64,000 bases of DNA from Naegleria gruberi (taxonomy: Eukaryota), in NCBI GenBank assembly GCA_000004985.1, contig GG738905.1, one strand, 5' to 3'. Below, piece by piece: positions 9,865-22,592 of the stretch (position 1 is the stretch's first letter; every line of letters begins with the position of its first letter). The translations under genes were made by a program, and so were the position numbers. Under the pieces are notes generated by a model, which was given only the letters and a program-made list of their open reading frames with translations, made no database searches and was not told the DNA's origin.

Positions 9865-10899
9865 TTATTCACAATCATCAACAGAAGTGATGCTAACATC
9901 ACATCTCCAAGTTGTTTTATACATTTTCCTTCTGATATGTTCTTCATATCTTGAAATGAAGAAATTATCTTTCAGTATAACTACTCTGCCTGATCTCCAC
10001 TCAGTAACAAGTAGGTCTCCATTTCGGTCATTCAAAGAGATACCCAGAGGATAATCAACACCAGTAACACTCTCGAGATATTCTCCCTCAGATGTGAATA
10101 TCTGTATTCTATCATTAAAGCTATCTGAAACATAAATATTTCCAGTTCTTTTCTCAACACAGACAGAACATGGCTCATTGAACTCGCCATTTTCCCTTCC
10201 TCGTTTACCAAAACTTTTGATAAACTTTCCCTCCTTAGATATTATTTGAACTCTATGATTGTATCTATCTGTAATAATTAAATTATCATCATTTCCGAAA
10301 CAAATATTTCTTGATTGAATAAATTCCAAATTCCCACTTCCATGTTTTCCAAATTCCCTCACATAATTACCGTTGGAATCTAAAACAAGAATTCTATTAT
10401 TTGCTTGATCACAAAGATAAATATTTCGCTCCTTTGAATTGAAATCAATAGCAATTCCAGAAGGTAAATTAAAACCACCAGTAGTTTTCCAAATTAATTT
10501 TCCAAAGACTGAATATTTGTACAATGTATTATCATTTGATCCAAATAATATTGTTGAATCCTCTGGATTGAACTCAATATAAAATGGAATATCTGCACCA
10601 CAATCAATTTTGTATTTCCATTCGTATGTATTTAACTCAAACACTTGAATAGCGTTATTTCCTGAATCACAAACAAATATCAGTTCTTGATTATTATCTA
10701 CGCACATATCGTATGGATTGGAAAACCTTCTATTTACTCCCAATATTTTCTTATAACAGTATCTTACATTGTTTGTGTTGATCATCACTTCCTTCCCGTC
10801 TTCTTCTTCGACAACCGTTTGCCAATCTAGTTCTTCTTCCTCTTGCAAATCATCATCATCGTAGAACATCTCATCTGTAAAATCATCATCATCTGACAT
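9865..10899 (-). CDS. NHL-repeat (six-bladed beta-propeller) protein with an acidic N-terminus, 344 aa.
   Basis: Repeated motifs: FNLPSGIAIDFNSKERNIYLCDQANNRILVLD, GNIYVSDSFNDRIQIF and NLIITDRYNHRVQII. All match the NHL consensus (G..vD..gnIyVaD..NhRIqvf). Confidence 0.75.
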   Translation of the reverse strand: MSDDDDFTDEMFYDDDDLQEEEELDWQTVVEEEDGKEVMINTNNVRYCYKKILGVNRRFSNPYDMCVDNNQELIFVCDSGNNAIQVFELNTYEWKYKIDCGADIPFYIEFNPEDSTILFGSNDNTLYKYSVFGKLIWKTTGGFNLPSGIAIDFNSKERNIYLCDQANNRILVLDSNGNYVREFGKHGSGNLEFIQSRNICFGNDDNLIITDRYNHRVQIISKEGKFIKSFGKRGRENGEFNEPCSVCVEKRTGNIYVSDSFNDRIQIFTSEGEYLESVTGVDYPLGISLNDRNGDLLVTEWRSGRVVILKDNFFISRYEEHIRRKMYKTTWRCDVSITSVDDCE

Positions 10900-11026
10900 T
10901 TTTTTTGATTGTTAACCAGTAGTCAAAGAGATAGAACTATTTTGGATTTGCTTTCGTTTACAATTTTTCCTCCATGTTCACCTTTTGCTTTATTGAACCA
11001 TTTTTAGATTAATAAATAGTTTTATT

Positions 11027-12702
11027 TTACAAGTTTTGCAAGCCCAACAATTCAGCAATTCTACGACCATAATCCTTATCAGCCTTATAGAAGATTTGTA
11101 ATTGTCTCAATTGAATTTCCTTCTTGGCATTCTTCAAGTGCAAAGCAATATTGTGAACAAGTCTAGAACGATCATATTCAGTCATAACTTCACGATACAA
11201 AGTACCAGCTTGGACGTAGTCATCATTTGGATGATTTGGCTTGGAACGAGTAATGGCACCTTGAACCTTAGTTGGGTGTTCAATCAATTGCTTAGCTTCA
11301 TATGGACCACCGAATGTGTTTGGTTCATAGTTTGGAGCAGAACCACCGTTACCATTGACAGTCATGGAACCATCTCTGAATTGACAGTTCAATTTAGCCT
11401 TAAGTGGAGCATTAATTGGAATTTGAGCATAGTTAGCGCCCAATCTATGTCTGTGAGTATCTGGATAAGAGAAAAGTCTACCTTGGAGCATCTTGTCAAG
11501 GGATGGTTCAATACCAGGAACCAAGTTAGATGGAGAGAATGCAGATTGTTCAGTTTCGGCAAAGTAATTGTTTGGATTACGATTCAAAACCATTCTACCA
11601 ACTGGAATGAGTGGATAATCCTTGTGTGCCCAAACCTTAGTAATATCAAAAACATCAACTTTGTACTTGGCAGCATCATCAACTGGCATAATTTGGAAAT
11701 AAACCTTCCAAGCTGGGCTGCTTCCTTGCTTAATTGAGTTGAACAAATCACGAGTAGCATGATCTGGATCTTCACCAGCCAAACGAGTGGCTTCTTCAAC
11801 AGTCAAATTCTTAATACCTTGTTCAGTCTTGAAGTGAATCTTAGCCCAGAAAGCTTCACCTTGTGAGTTAACCAATTTGAAAGTGTGACCAGAATAACCG
11901 TTCATGTGACGATAAGAAAATGGTGTACCTCTATCACTGAACAAAACAGTAAGTTGGTGAACTGATTCTGGAGTCAAACTCAAAAAGTCCCAGAATGCAT
12001 CAGGATCCTTCAAGTTTGATTGTGGATTTCTCTTTTGGGTATGGATAAAATCTGGGAATTTAATAGTGTCACGAATGAAGAAAACTGGAGTATTATTACC
12101 AACAAAATCATAATTTCCTTCTTCAGTATAGAATTTAACAGCAAAACCTCTTGGATCTCTATCAGAATCGGCACTACCCTTTTCACCACCAACAGTGGAA
12201 AAACGAGCAAAAACTGGAGTTCTCTTACCAACACGATTCAAGAATGCAGCCTTGGTGAATTTAGTGATATCATGAGTGACTTCAAAATAACCATGAGCAC
12301 CAGCACCCTTTGCGTGAACAACTCTTTCTGGGATTCTATTATAATGCAACAATTAAAATGTATAAAATTAATAAAACAATGTCTTATAATACTAACCTTT
12401 CACGATCAAAGTGGGCCAATTTGCTGATCAAATAAGTATCTTGCAAAAGGATTGGTCCATTATTGCCAGCTGTGAGGGAATTGTTGTTATCAGCAACTGG
12501 ATGGCCAAATTCATCAGTCAAAGTACTGTTGTTGTATAATAATATTATGAATGATGAAAAGCATTTTAATATTAATCAATCGACATATAATTTTAATGTG
12601 TCGTAAATTAAAGAAGATAGGAAAATTCGCACAAAATTGATGAGCACTAGGTTATTGCTCTGAAACCTACCTGGTGTAATCGTAGTTAAAGTTGGTAGAC
12701 AT
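11027..12702 (-). CDS. catA: Catalase (monofunctional heme catalase). Three exons: join(12671..12702, 12397..12525, 11027..12335).
   Basis: Strong catalase signature ...[29 protein letters not shown]...[14 protein letters not shown]... Intron 1 (GTAGGT...AACAG, 12526-12670) and intron 2 (GTTAGT...TAATAG, 12336-12396) restore [54 protein letters not shown] upstream of [10 protein letters not shown]. Confidence 0.9.
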
Positions 12703-13128
12703 TTTTTTTGTTGGAGTTTTTCTGACGAGCACAAAATCCCTATTCGCCAAACAAACGGAGAAAAATTATTGTAAATCATATGCCAATCATGGCCTGCATT
12801 CTCTCTTCAATGTTGACAGAGACCCTTTTCGTAGTTGAATAGATTGAAAACCACTCGTTCAACCCAGATAAGTGCCACTTTACAGAGAATCCTCTTAGAA
12901 GATAAAACTTCAAGCTTAGACAATATTTGGTTCTCGCACAAGAAATAGCTGGTTACAAACCATTCATTTGGTGTTCAATTGATCATTTCAAGTAATAGAA
13001 ATTAATTGAACTATTAACCTTTTAGTGGTTAAATTTGAATATAATACTTCTAAACATAGAATTCTCTAGTGTCCAATTTATTAGTTTGTACATTTAAATA
13101 AGTTATGTGATGAACAAATCAAACAAAT

Positions 13129-14121
13129 TTACAGATGGTTAGTGATTTGTTTTGGTGGTAAATCTTTGGCTAGAGATGATGCTGTTGTTTCCGACCTGTT
13201 GTTTCTTCCAGACTTTGAAGGAGAAGGATTAATAGAAGTAGACTTCCTCTTCTTTGATGTTTCACAATCAGGGCAAATATAGGTGCCAATAGAGTTTGCT
13301 TGATATTTCTTTAAACCTAAACATCTTCCATGAAACCATCTATTAAAAGGTAATGTTAATAAATATAAGATAGTAAAGAATACGTACTTATCACAACGGT
13401 CACAAGCGATCATCCAACCATAAGAAGCTGGTCTGTTACACTTGCAATAGAGTGTTTCATCCTCTTCACTGGAATCGTTTTCAGAATCATCAGAGTCTTC
13501 ACCACTATCAGAGTCACCTTTGTCTTCCTTTTTCTTATTGGCTCTATTGATAAATTGTCTTCTCTTTTTGTTTGATGAATTTGGTGAATCTGTAATAGAG
13601 GAGGTTGAAGAATTGGTATTACTACTACTACTACTTGTAGTTGGTTCCTTTCTATTTGACCCAGAATCTTCAGGTGATGAAGAATTACAAGTAGAAGAAG
13701 AAGTAGTGGTGGTTGTGGATTCGTTAGAGGGCGAGTTTGAAGCTGATACACTTTGAAGGTGTAATGATGCTAGGGCATCAATTGTTGTTGAAGTTGGTGA
13801 TAAAAGTGCGGTAAGAGGTTTTTCTGTTTTTACCTCTTCTTTGATAGGGGTAGAAGGTGGTAAAGTAGAGTTATCAATGGTGGTAGTTATCATCATAGAA
13901 TCGTTACTACTATCCAAAGTATTTTGATTATTATTATCACTTGGAGGAGGTGTAGTAGTTGTATTAATTATGGTTGGAGGTGTTGTTGGTTGTGGAGAAT
14001 GTTGAGTTGGAGAGGTTGTCATATTAAATTCTGGGTGAGTAGGAGAGGTCTTGGATTGGGAGTGGAATCTCTTTTTTAAAGGGACACTATTCATTTGTTC
14101 TGTATATGATTCGTATTTCAT
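13129..14121 (-). CDS. PHD-finger protein with a long S/T/P/N-rich low-complexity N-terminus. Two exons: join(13388..14121, 13129..13339).
   Basis: A 48-nt intron (GTACGT...TAATAG, 13340-13387) interrupts the PHD finger. Spliced, it reads YCKCNRPASYGWMIACDRCDKWFHGRCLGL...YICPDCE (C4HC3 pattern). An (ACT)n microsatellite and acidic Ser-rich tracts lie upstream. Confidence 0.7.
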   Translation of the reverse strand: MKYESYTEQMNSVPLKKRFHSQSKTSPTHPEFNMTTSPTQHSPQPTTPPTIINTTTTPPPSDNNNQNTLDSSNDSMMITTTIDNSTLPPSTPIKEEVKTEKPLTALLSPTSTTIDALASLHLQSVSASNSPSNESTTTTTSSSTCNSSSPEDSGSNRKEPTTSSSSSNTNSSTSSITDSPNSSNKKRRQFINRANKKKEDKGDSDSGEDSDDSENDSSEEDETLYCKCNRPASYGWMIACDRCDKYVFFTILYLLTLPFNRWFHGRCLGLKKYQANSIGTYICPDCETSKKRKSTSINPSPSKSGRNNRSETTASSLAKDLPPKQITNHL

Positions 14122-15249
14122 GGTGATGATGGTTGGGAGAACTTATATATATATTGGAAATATTGGATGGGAGTATTTAAACAATTAATATTGAAATACT
14201 GGTGAATTTTAAAAGTATGATGGTAGGTTGGGAGAAACTACAAATAAATCCTTTGGCACAAGTGTTACGGTTTTAAAAGTGTTCCGTTTGTGTCTCTAAT
14301 TCATAGGATTGGAATTGATCTTTCTTGTATATTACCAATAGGTTGATGATCCTATGGATTGGTTGGTAAATTTAAAAAAGTATTGCTAAAAGTTGGAGGG
14401 AAGTATGTTGTTTGAAGTATCTTCTTGCAACTTGGGGTGAAAGTGTTGAATGGATGTATTTTTTTTCTCTGGAGAGTTTTGATTGCAAGAGAGGGTGGAG
14501 TTGGGTTACAATGGCAAACACAAAAAACGCGCTCTTTTTTGCTAGCTATTTTTGATTTTAGGACAACAAAGAGGGACTGTAGTGATTAGTGCACAAAAAT
14601 GGCGAAGAGACAAAATTTGTGAGAATCGAATCATGACAATAACATATTGCTCTCAAGATAGAAGCACTTTTCACCAACATTGATTTGTTGGTCTTGTAAA
14701 TAAACAATTAACTATTATACGGTTTCAAATAATCATCTTTGTCAATTCAAATAGTCTTTTTAAACTCATTAGACGACAAATAATTAAAGGTTTCTTGATG
14801 GCCATTATTTACGGAGTTAGTGTCTTTGAACATTGTGGTTTTTCAGAAACTCTTAGAAACCTTGTTTCACTCCAGTTAATGGATTGATAGGAAATTATTC
14901 TTAGTACTATCTACTATTAGCTGATCCTTCCATCAATATATTATCTTGATTTCATCATTAAAGCCTGTTTTGCGAAGAAGAAACCCGCAATCGCAAGGCA
15001 TCAACGAGTTGATTTAACGCACTTCCATATTCCTTGTTACCGAATATCTAGGATGAGTATTTTTTTAAAACTGTTGGTCTTATTAATACTTTTGATGGTC
15101 CATCAAAAGCAAGAAACTCTTGTAGTAACTTTTTTAAATAATTGAGTATGGACACGACAAATTTTGCTCCAATATCATTCAAAATCACTCTATGGATTAT
15201 ACATTATTACTGATAGTTCAACTTGAAAACTAAACCTTCATCTTGTTTT

Positions 15250-16410
15250 TTATTTCTCTTCTTGTTTTTCGGCAATAGTTTCAGGAGGAGTTGTACTGTC
15301 TTGTGTTGTTGTGGAACTAGTAGTAGCATCAATTGGTGGAGTAGAGGTGGTTTCAGTCTTTGAGTTTTCGTCGTTGTTTTCTGATTGTTGATTTTCAGTT
15401 TTGGTTTCTTCGCCTCCAATTATTTCAGTTGATGTAACGACATCAGAATCAAGATCATCACTCATGAGGATTTTTTCTGATTCTTCAGTAATGGCTTTCA
15501 TTAAATCGACATCCTTCTCTTCATTAGAAAAAACAGTCTCTGGAATGCAATAAATAGTGTTACTTTCATATTCTTTCTTTGGTGCGAAACCTTCCAATTT
15601 ACACAAGTGATTAGAATAGAATTTCAAAGAATAGCTGCAAGTACTTGGTTCTTCAATGTCACCAACAAAGTGAGCACTTGCTTCACCATGAGCATTAGGA
15701 TTGGTTAACTGCCTTCTCTTTAAATCGGTGGCACAATACATTCTCAATTCTAGTGTTCTTGGTTGTTTTGTCAAATCGCATGGTGTTCCCTTTTCGAATG
15801 GAATTGAAATATAGCTCTCCTCTGGAGTTTGCTCATTAAAATTGATATCAAAATATTTGACATTCTTATTGGTAGGTGATTGTTCCTTACTATATCCTAA
15901 AAAGTATTCATTTGTGACAGTATGTTGCTCTTGATGGAATTGTCTTACAAATTTGTTAAAACAAAATTCGTATAACCACCAACCAGCAATTCTGAAATAA
16001 CAATTACTGATAAATTTTGGGAAAATATTTTCAACAATTTCCTTCTTAATTCTTTCAGTCTTTTCTTCAAGGGTTTCTTTTTTCACAGTTTCCTCAGATT
16101 GTGAATTATTCTTTTTAACTGGAATGTGACATCTGTGAAGTTCCTTTTCAAAATTCATATATACAATATCCATATTTTCAACATCCGATAAAACATTAAT
16201 ATTTTCTGTAATTTTAATCTTGTATTTTGGATTAATATCCGACAATAAATTATTAGAATTACTAGAAGATCCAATTTCTCCATTCGCAGATCCAAAACCT
16301 ATTAATAATAATATACACATCATTGCTAATAAACCTATTGTACAATATTTAATCTCCCGATGATTGCACCATGATGATAAAGTGTGGTGAGACAATGTTG
16401 ATGATCTCAT
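15250..16410 (-). CDS. OS-9/Yos9-like ER lectin with a mannose-6-phosphate-receptor-homology (MRH) domain, 386 aa.
   Basis: Signal-anchor-like N-terminus (LLAMMCILLLIGFGSANG). MRH hallmark ...CYFRIAGWWLYEFCFNKFVRQFHQE... plus downstream conserved Cys (GTPCDL...RMYC...EPSTCSYSL...HLC). C-terminal acidic and T-rich tail. Confidence 0.65.
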   Translation of the reverse strand: MRSSTLSHHTLSSWCNHREIKYCTIGLLAMMCILLLIGFGSANGEIGSSSNSNNLLSDINPKYKIKITENINVLSDVENMDIVYMNFEKELHRCHIPVKKNNSQSEETVKKETLEEKTERIKKEIVENIFPKFISNCYFRIAGWWLYEFCFNKFVRQFHQEQHTVTNEYFLGYSKEQSPTNKNVKYFDINFNEQTPEESYISIPFEKGTPCDLTKQPRTLELRMYCATDLKRRQLTNPNAHGEASAHFVGDIEEPSTCSYSLKFYSNHLCKLEGFAPKKEYESNTIYCIPETVFSNEEKDVDLMKAITEESEKILMSDDLDSDVVTSTEIIGGEETKTENQQSENNDENSKTETTSTPPIDATTSSTTTQDSTTPPETIAEKQEEK

Positions 16411-16921
16411 TTTTTTATATTTTGATAATTATTGAATTTTTTTAATAATAAATAAAAGATCAAAAGGCAAACACGTGTTTGAATGAAGATGTGGTAATCT
16501 TAAATTCAAAGAAAAAGGAGCTTGTGAGTTCATACTTTCTTACTATCTATTGTTTTAATTATGAAATGCAAGAAATTCCAATCAAAACTTAGAAAAAAGG
16601 TTCTCAATGTATTACATCAGTATATACATTATGACTTAATCTTTCTGGGTAAGTGATGATTTAGTACTATTATATTAATTTAAGTTTGTGTTTTTTCTTA
16701 AAAAGGTGGAAATAATGCTCCATTGACAGTTGATGTTGGTGTTTCAGGAATTGTTAAGGTAATTGATAATTTTAAGGATGAGCAAAATGGCTCATATGTT
16801 CAGTTTGATGGCACTCCATTAAATTGGTAATTTAATGCAATCATTAATTTTAACTTGAATTCTTCAATTTCAAGATTTTTCAAAAATCTGCAAGAATTTC
16901 TAAAAATAAAAAATAAAAAAA

Positions 16922-18922
16922 ATGAGTTTTCTCTTTGGCAGCAAGAAAAAGGAGAATTTATTTGATAAATTAAACCAAAACAACAATACAGTTAATAATG
17001 TCTATGGGGAGACAACGGGTCTTCTCTCGGCACAATATAGCTCGAGTACGAGTGGAGGAAGTCCTCCGAGTAATAATCAAGAGAAGGCTAATACAATATT
17101 TTCAGAGTTGAGTTCGTTCAAGCCTCCAGAGGGTGAACATAATTTAAATCCAATACGGAGTGATTTTGCAATAATGAAAAAACAATCTTTTAAAAAGGAG
17201 GAGGATTATTTTACTAAACAAAACGAGGAAAAGAAACCAGTACAAATATCATTGCAAGAAAAGGTTCACGGATTATTTATTGATTTATCGTATGCTTTGG
17301 GAATTTATGGAGTACCATCACATAGATTGGAAATGCATTTGAAAACATTATTTGATTGTTTTCCATTGGAGAAATGTGAATTTAGATATACACCATCAAG
17401 TTTGTGGTTTTGCTTTACCCCAAATTTTAATTTAAATAGGAATGATGAATATGAGGAGGGAGATGGAATAGTTACTCATAACAGTAATGCATACCTCTCT
17501 AAATCAAAGTTTTATGTTGTAAAATTGGATGAATATGATTTGGAAGATATGGATTTGGTTAAATTATGTGAGTTGGATCAATTGGCTTCGGAAATTCCAG
17601 AGTTAATGGCCGTTACAGAAAATAATCCTGAATCACTTTCAAATTTAATTGATGATTTAAGAGGAAGAATTAGAACAATTATTTCGAGATATTCTTTTGT
17701 GAGATCTGCTATCAGATTATTTATTGCCAATCTTATTTCAGCAAGTATGTGGGTAATGTACTATGATGGATCATGGATGGAAATGTTGTGCGGTTTAATC
17801 GTGGGCATTGCAACAGGAATTCTTGTTGTAATTGCTGAAAAATATCCATCTTTTAATAGAGTCAATCCATTTATTTCTGCCATTGTTGCAGGTACAGTTG
17901 CTTCTCTTACTAAGGTTATTTTCTCCAAAATGTTGACTGAGGAGGACAGGGGCAAATATCCATTTTCTGTCTTTCTGGTGACACTTTGTGCACTATTCGG
18001 TTTGCTTCCTCATGTCAGTTTTACAAATGGAATATCCGAGTTGGCTACAAAGAATTTAGTTTCTGGGTCTATGAGAGTTTTCTACGCGTTTGTTCTCATT
18101 CTACAGGTATGTTTTAATTCATTTGCACAATTCTAATAATGCTGAATTTTTCAGATGGGATTTGGAATAGTTGTTGCTGATAAGATTAGTTATTTATTCA
18201 ATATTTCAATGTTGGAGGAAAATTATTTCAAGAATGGACAGGATGATAGAGAGGAATTACCACTTTGGCTTGGATGTCTTTGTTTACCTACAATCATTCT
18301 GGGTAATTATTTGGATTACAAATTGCCCATTGTTTTCAAGGATCCAAATTCTGAGCAACATTTTTATTCTGACAATGATGTTTTTTACAATTTCACAACT
18401 TTTTATCATTACATGATTAGAAAGATCAAGACCATTCACTTGCCAACATTTGGATTTGTTGTTCTAGTTTCATATGCTGTCTATGTTACAACCACAGTAA
18501 CAGATGACTTTGTTGGGGAGGAAATGTCTTGTCTTCTAGGAGCTTTTATTGGTAGGTTATTAATTTCATTTTGAAACTCAAAATTAATAATAATTAATAA
18601 TAAGGAGGAACCATTGCTAATATTTATGCGTATGTAACAAATAGACCAGAGTTGGTCATCTCAATCAAGTAAGTATTTATTCATAAGAAACAACTCATTC
18701 TCTTAAACCCTTAGTTGTTTGGATTTACTGGTACCAAGTACTTATGGTGTCACAGGCATTGCTAAATTTTACGATAGAGATCAAAGTGATGAGCTGCAGT
18801 CTGGAATCAAGTTTATTGCTGACTTGTTGGTGATCCATCTTTCTTTATCTATTGGTTTGCTTCTTTCAGATTTAGTATCTCCAAAACAGAAAACAAAGAG
18901 TGGGAGTTTTACAATAGTATAA
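16922..18922 (+). CDS. ThrE/DUF1212-DUF3815-like multi-pass membrane protein. Four exons: join(16922..18106, 18155..18551, 18605..18668, 18715..18922).
   Basis: Introns of 48, 53 and 46 nt (GTATGT..TTCAG, GTAGGT..AATAAG, GTAAGT..CTTAG) link four ORF segments in consistent phase. The DUF1212-like block is ...IDLSYALGIYGVPSHRLEMHLKTLFDCF... The C-terminal half has multiple TM helices. Confidence 0.6.
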
Positions 18923-18942
18923 TTTAATTAAATAGTTTTTGT

Positions 18943-20655
18943 TTACAATGGAATGTTGGATAATTTCTTGGTTGGATTTTCCTTCTTCTTTGTTCTTAAA
19001 ATTTCCAAATCTTCGATAATTCTTTGTCTAGTTTCGTGTGGCTTGATAACATCATCCAAGAATCCACGTTCAGCAGCAAGAAGTGGAGTAGCAAACTTAT
19101 TACGATAAGTTTCTTCACGATCCTTTTGAGTTTCTCCTTCAATACCCTTAATAATTTTAACGGCACCTTCTGGACCCATGACAGCAATTGTGGCAGTAGA
19201 CCAAGCATAGTTATAGTCACCTCTCAAGTGCTTTGAAGACATGACGTCATAAGCACCACCGTAGGCCTTTCTAGTGATAACAGTAATCTTTGGAACAGTA
19301 GCTTCAGCATAAGCGAACAAAAGCTTAGCACCGTGACGAATAATACCACCGTATTCTTGAGCAGTACCTGGCAAGAAACCTGGAACGTCAACAAAGGTCA
19401 AAATTGGAATATTGAAAGCATTGGCAAATCTAACAAAACGAGCAGCCTTAATAGAAGAGTTGATATCCAAAACACCAGCCAATTCGCAAGGTTGGTTAGC
19501 AATAATAGCAACAGTTTCACCATTCATACGAGCGAAACCAGTAATAATATTCTTAGCATAATCTGGCATAATTTCAAAGAAAGCATGATCGTCAACAATT
19601 GGCTTAATAATTGAAGAGAGCATGTTATATGGAGCATTAGTATCAGATGGAACAGCAAAGTCCAAACTCATATCCTTTCTATCAACTGGATCATTTGTAG
19701 CAAGAAGTCTACTTTCAGCATTTTCTCTGTTGCTTGATGGCAAATAGCTGATGAATTCTCTAGTGTATTTGATTAATTCAATATCATTGTCAAAGGCACG
19801 ATGAGCAACACCACTGACTTGAGTATGAGTTTGAGCACCACCCAATTGTTCGGAAGTAACAGTTTCACGAGTGACAGAGTGAACGACATCAGGACCAGTA
19901 ACAAACATATAACTTGTGTTACGAACCATGAAAATGAAATCAGTCATTGCAGGACTGTAAACAGCACCACCAGCACATGGTCCACAGATCAAGGAAATTT
20001 GTGGAACAACACCACTAGCATTAACGTTACGTTGGAAAACTTCAGCATAACCAGCTAAACTGGCAACACCTTCTTGAATTCTAGCACCACCAGAGTCATT
20101 GATACCAATAACTGGAGCACCAACTTCCATAGCCTTGTCCATAATCTTACAAATCTTTTGAGCATGAGTTTCAGAGAGAGATCCACCAAAAACAGTGAAA
20201 TCTTGACTGAAAACAAAAACTAATCTTCCATTAATTGTACCATGACCAGTAACAACACCATCACCTGCTGGTCTATCCTTTTCCATTCCAAAGTCAGTGG
20301 CTCTGTGTCTAACAAAAGCATCATATTCTCTGAATGATCCTTCATCAACGAGAAGATCAATACGTTCTCTGGCTGTAAGCTTTCCCTTTTGATGTTGTTT
20401 TTCCATTCTTTCAACACCTCCACCAAGTTTTGCTTCCTTTTTAACGTTATCAACTCTTTCTTGAAGTGTTCGCAGAATTTCTGGAGGAGCTTGTTTACTT
20501 GGAATGTCCATCACACCAGAAATATCAATTTCTGTTGGTCCTTTACTACCGGAAACTCTATTCAATTGTTGGGAGAACATTCTACTTCCCATCATGCAGG
20601 AAGTACTCTTCAACAATGAAGTATTGAATAATTTTGATGATTTACGAAGCAACAT
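18943..20655 (-). CDS. pccB: Propionyl-CoA carboxylase beta chain (carboxyltransferase subunit), mitochondrial precursor, 570 aa.
   Basis: Near-collinear similarity to PCCB across the whole length (...[18 protein letters not shown]...[14 protein letters not shown]...[12 protein letters not shown]...[26 protein letters not shown]...). The N-terminal extension is rich in S, K and R. Confidence 0.9.
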   Translation of the reverse strand: MLLRKSSKLFNTSLLKSTSCMMGSRMFSQQLNRVSGSKGPTEIDISGVMDIPSKQAPPEILRTLQERVDNVKKEAKLGGGVERMEKQHQKGKLTARERIDLLVDEGSFREYDAFVRHRATDFGMEKDRPAGDGVVTGHGTINGRLVFVFSQDFTVFGGSLSETHAQKICKIMDKAMEVGAPVIGINDSGGARIQEGVASLAGYAEVFQRNVNASGVVPQISLICGPCAGGAVYSPAMTDFIFMVRNTSYMFVTGPDVVHSVTRETVTSEQLGGAQTHTQVSGVAHRAFDNDIELIKYTREFISYLPSSNRENAESRLLATNDPVDRKDMSLDFAVPSDTNAPYNMLSSIIKPIVDDHAFFEIMPDYAKNIITGFARMNGETVAIIANQPCELAGVLDINSSIKAARFVRFANAFNIPILTFVDVPGFLPGTAQEYGGIIRHGAKLLFAYAEATVPKITVITRKAYGGAYDVMSSKHLRGDYNYAWSTATIAVMGPEGAVKIIKGIEGETQKDREETYRNKFATPLLAAERGFLDDVIKPHETRQRIIEDLEILRTKKKENPTKKLSNIPL

Positions 20656-21065
20656 TTTTTTTTTAAATTTTTAAATTAAAATCGAAGAATTTTCAAATCG
20701 ATATTGTCAAGCCCAAATTCTGCTCTCTGATAAAGTATTAGGCTTTGTGGCGCTCTTTCAAAGATGCCACACCAAAATGCAGAGAATTTTACTTGGTCAT
20801 TTTCTGATGGACTCCTTGCGACGCACATTGATTTTGCGTGTTTTGAGACGTGCGTTAAATTGTAAACAAGAGTTCAGGTTTACAGTGAGTTGTTAATAAT
20901 AACAAGCAGATGGCCTCTTGACAAAAATCGAACAAGTTTTTCCTTAATTAAATCTTGAGGTCTGCTTTAAGAATGGCGCCAATTGTTTTTATTGTTATTT
21001 ATCGTTATTAGTTTCAAAATGTCTAACAAAAAGTGGAACAACAACAATAAATTAAATTTAAAAAA

Positions 21066-22570
21066 ATGAAAGATAATGATAACGATTATCATACTATCAA
21101 ATATGTTCACAGTGAGAGGTATTTGAATGCCTGTTCAAAACTACCAGCATATAATAGACATTCGGAACAACCTTATGGTAGTGCTGCTAATTTAATACAG
21201 GAGGAAATTGATGAATTACCTTCAAGATCGGAACTTGTTCATTCTCTGATAGGTTAGTGTGATGATTGAAATATAATTTGTTGAATATGTGAGAAGAGGC
21301 TTTTGGAATTTTGGAAAAAGTGGAAAGCATTGAACCAGAAAAGGCTCTGATGAAGGATTTACAAATTTATCACTCAAAAGAATACGTTCATGCATTGTAT
21401 AAAATCGATAAAAGTTTGAAAGCAAGATCGTCATTGGGTGATAAAGAGGAAGATATGAGTGATGAAGAAGTATCGAGTGATGAATCTTCAAATAGTGATA
21501 ATGATGATGCAACTGATATTGAGGAATTAAAAAAACAATTTGGATTGGTGGATGATGCTCATGATTTTAAGGGAATGGTATGGATAAATGAAATTGGATT
21601 TTATTGAAATATTACAAATAGTTTAATTATGCTCTTTATATTGGTGGGTCCTGCAATGCCATAGCAAAAGAGGTAAATCACTTTTTGAAGAGTAGCTCTA
21701 GTGAGGAACGATTGACCATTTTGAATTTTGAAGGTGGAAGACATCATGCAAGAAAATCAAGGGCAGCTGGATTTTGTTATGTTAATGACGTAGTAATGCT
21801 ATCATTACTGATTAAAAGAAGGAAGATTCTATGTATTGATATAGATATACATCATGGTGATGGAACTGAAGAGGCTTTCTTTAGCAGTGAGAGAGTATTT
21901 ACAGTATCATTCCATCAATTTGGACCTGGACTCTATCCAGGAACTGGTACCACTGATAATAATGGAACAGGTCGAGGAAAATATCACAATCTCAATGTGC
22001 CACTAAAAGAGGGATTGTCAGATAAGAATTTTGAGAGAATTTTCACTTCAGTAATTGCAAAATCATTCGAAAAGTTTGAACCAGAAGTTGTTATTCTAGT
22101 GATGGGAGCTGATAATCTGAATGGAGATCCTCTTGGTACATGGAATTTGAGTTTGGAAAGTTTCGAATATGTAACCAATTTTGTAAAGAATGAGTTAAAG
22201 TCAAAGGTAACGATTATTGTTGGTGGAGGTAAGTTTCGAATATTTTCTCAATTTGATTTACCAAAACAATTTAGGTGGTTACAATTACATACATACTGGT
22301 AAGTGTTTTCTTTGTGAATATCTTTATTGAAATCTTAAAGCTATTGCCTATGCTACAGTTTCGAACATGATGGTAAATAATTGTAAATTACCAGAACTTA
22401 TCCCAGAACATTCATTCTTTGAATTGTACAAGAGTGTTGGATTTTCATCAAATGTTAACCATGGAGTAAAGAGGGATGAAAACACTGAACAATATCTCAA
22501 AGAAATCGAACAACAGTCAATCAAGCAAATTGATAACATCCCTCCAAAATCAAATGCCGCCCAAATTTAA
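21066..22570 (+). CDS. Class I histone deacetylase (HDAC8-like) with an acidic Ser/Asp-rich insertion. Five exons: join(21066..21252, 21297..21577, 21622..22228, 22275..22298, 22341..22570).
   Basis: HDAC core motifs: ...GGRHHARKSRAAGFCYVNDVVM..., ...IDIDIHHGDGTEEAF... and ...GADNLNGDPLG... Four short introns (about 42-44 nt) restore collinearity with the HDAC8 C-terminus (...IIVGGGGYNYIHTAIAYATV...PEHSFFELY...). Confidence 0.85.
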
Positions 22571-22592
22571 TATTATATTTTTTTAATTAAAA

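Noticed and set aside
11102-12427. Plus-strand ORFs antisense to the catalase gene (11102-11737, 12020-12427), and similar antisense or alternate-frame ORFs inside pccB, the MATE gene, the big 23-27 kb gene and the PHD gene
   Set aside because: These are shadow ORFs opposite or out of frame with strongly supported homologous genes. Their composition is low-complexity and no motifs are present.
14530-14580. A U2 snRNA-like motif (cgctcttttttgctagc ... gtagtga)
   Set aside because: The invariant U2 branch-point-binding GUAGUA and the 5' stem are not present. The resemblance is superficial.
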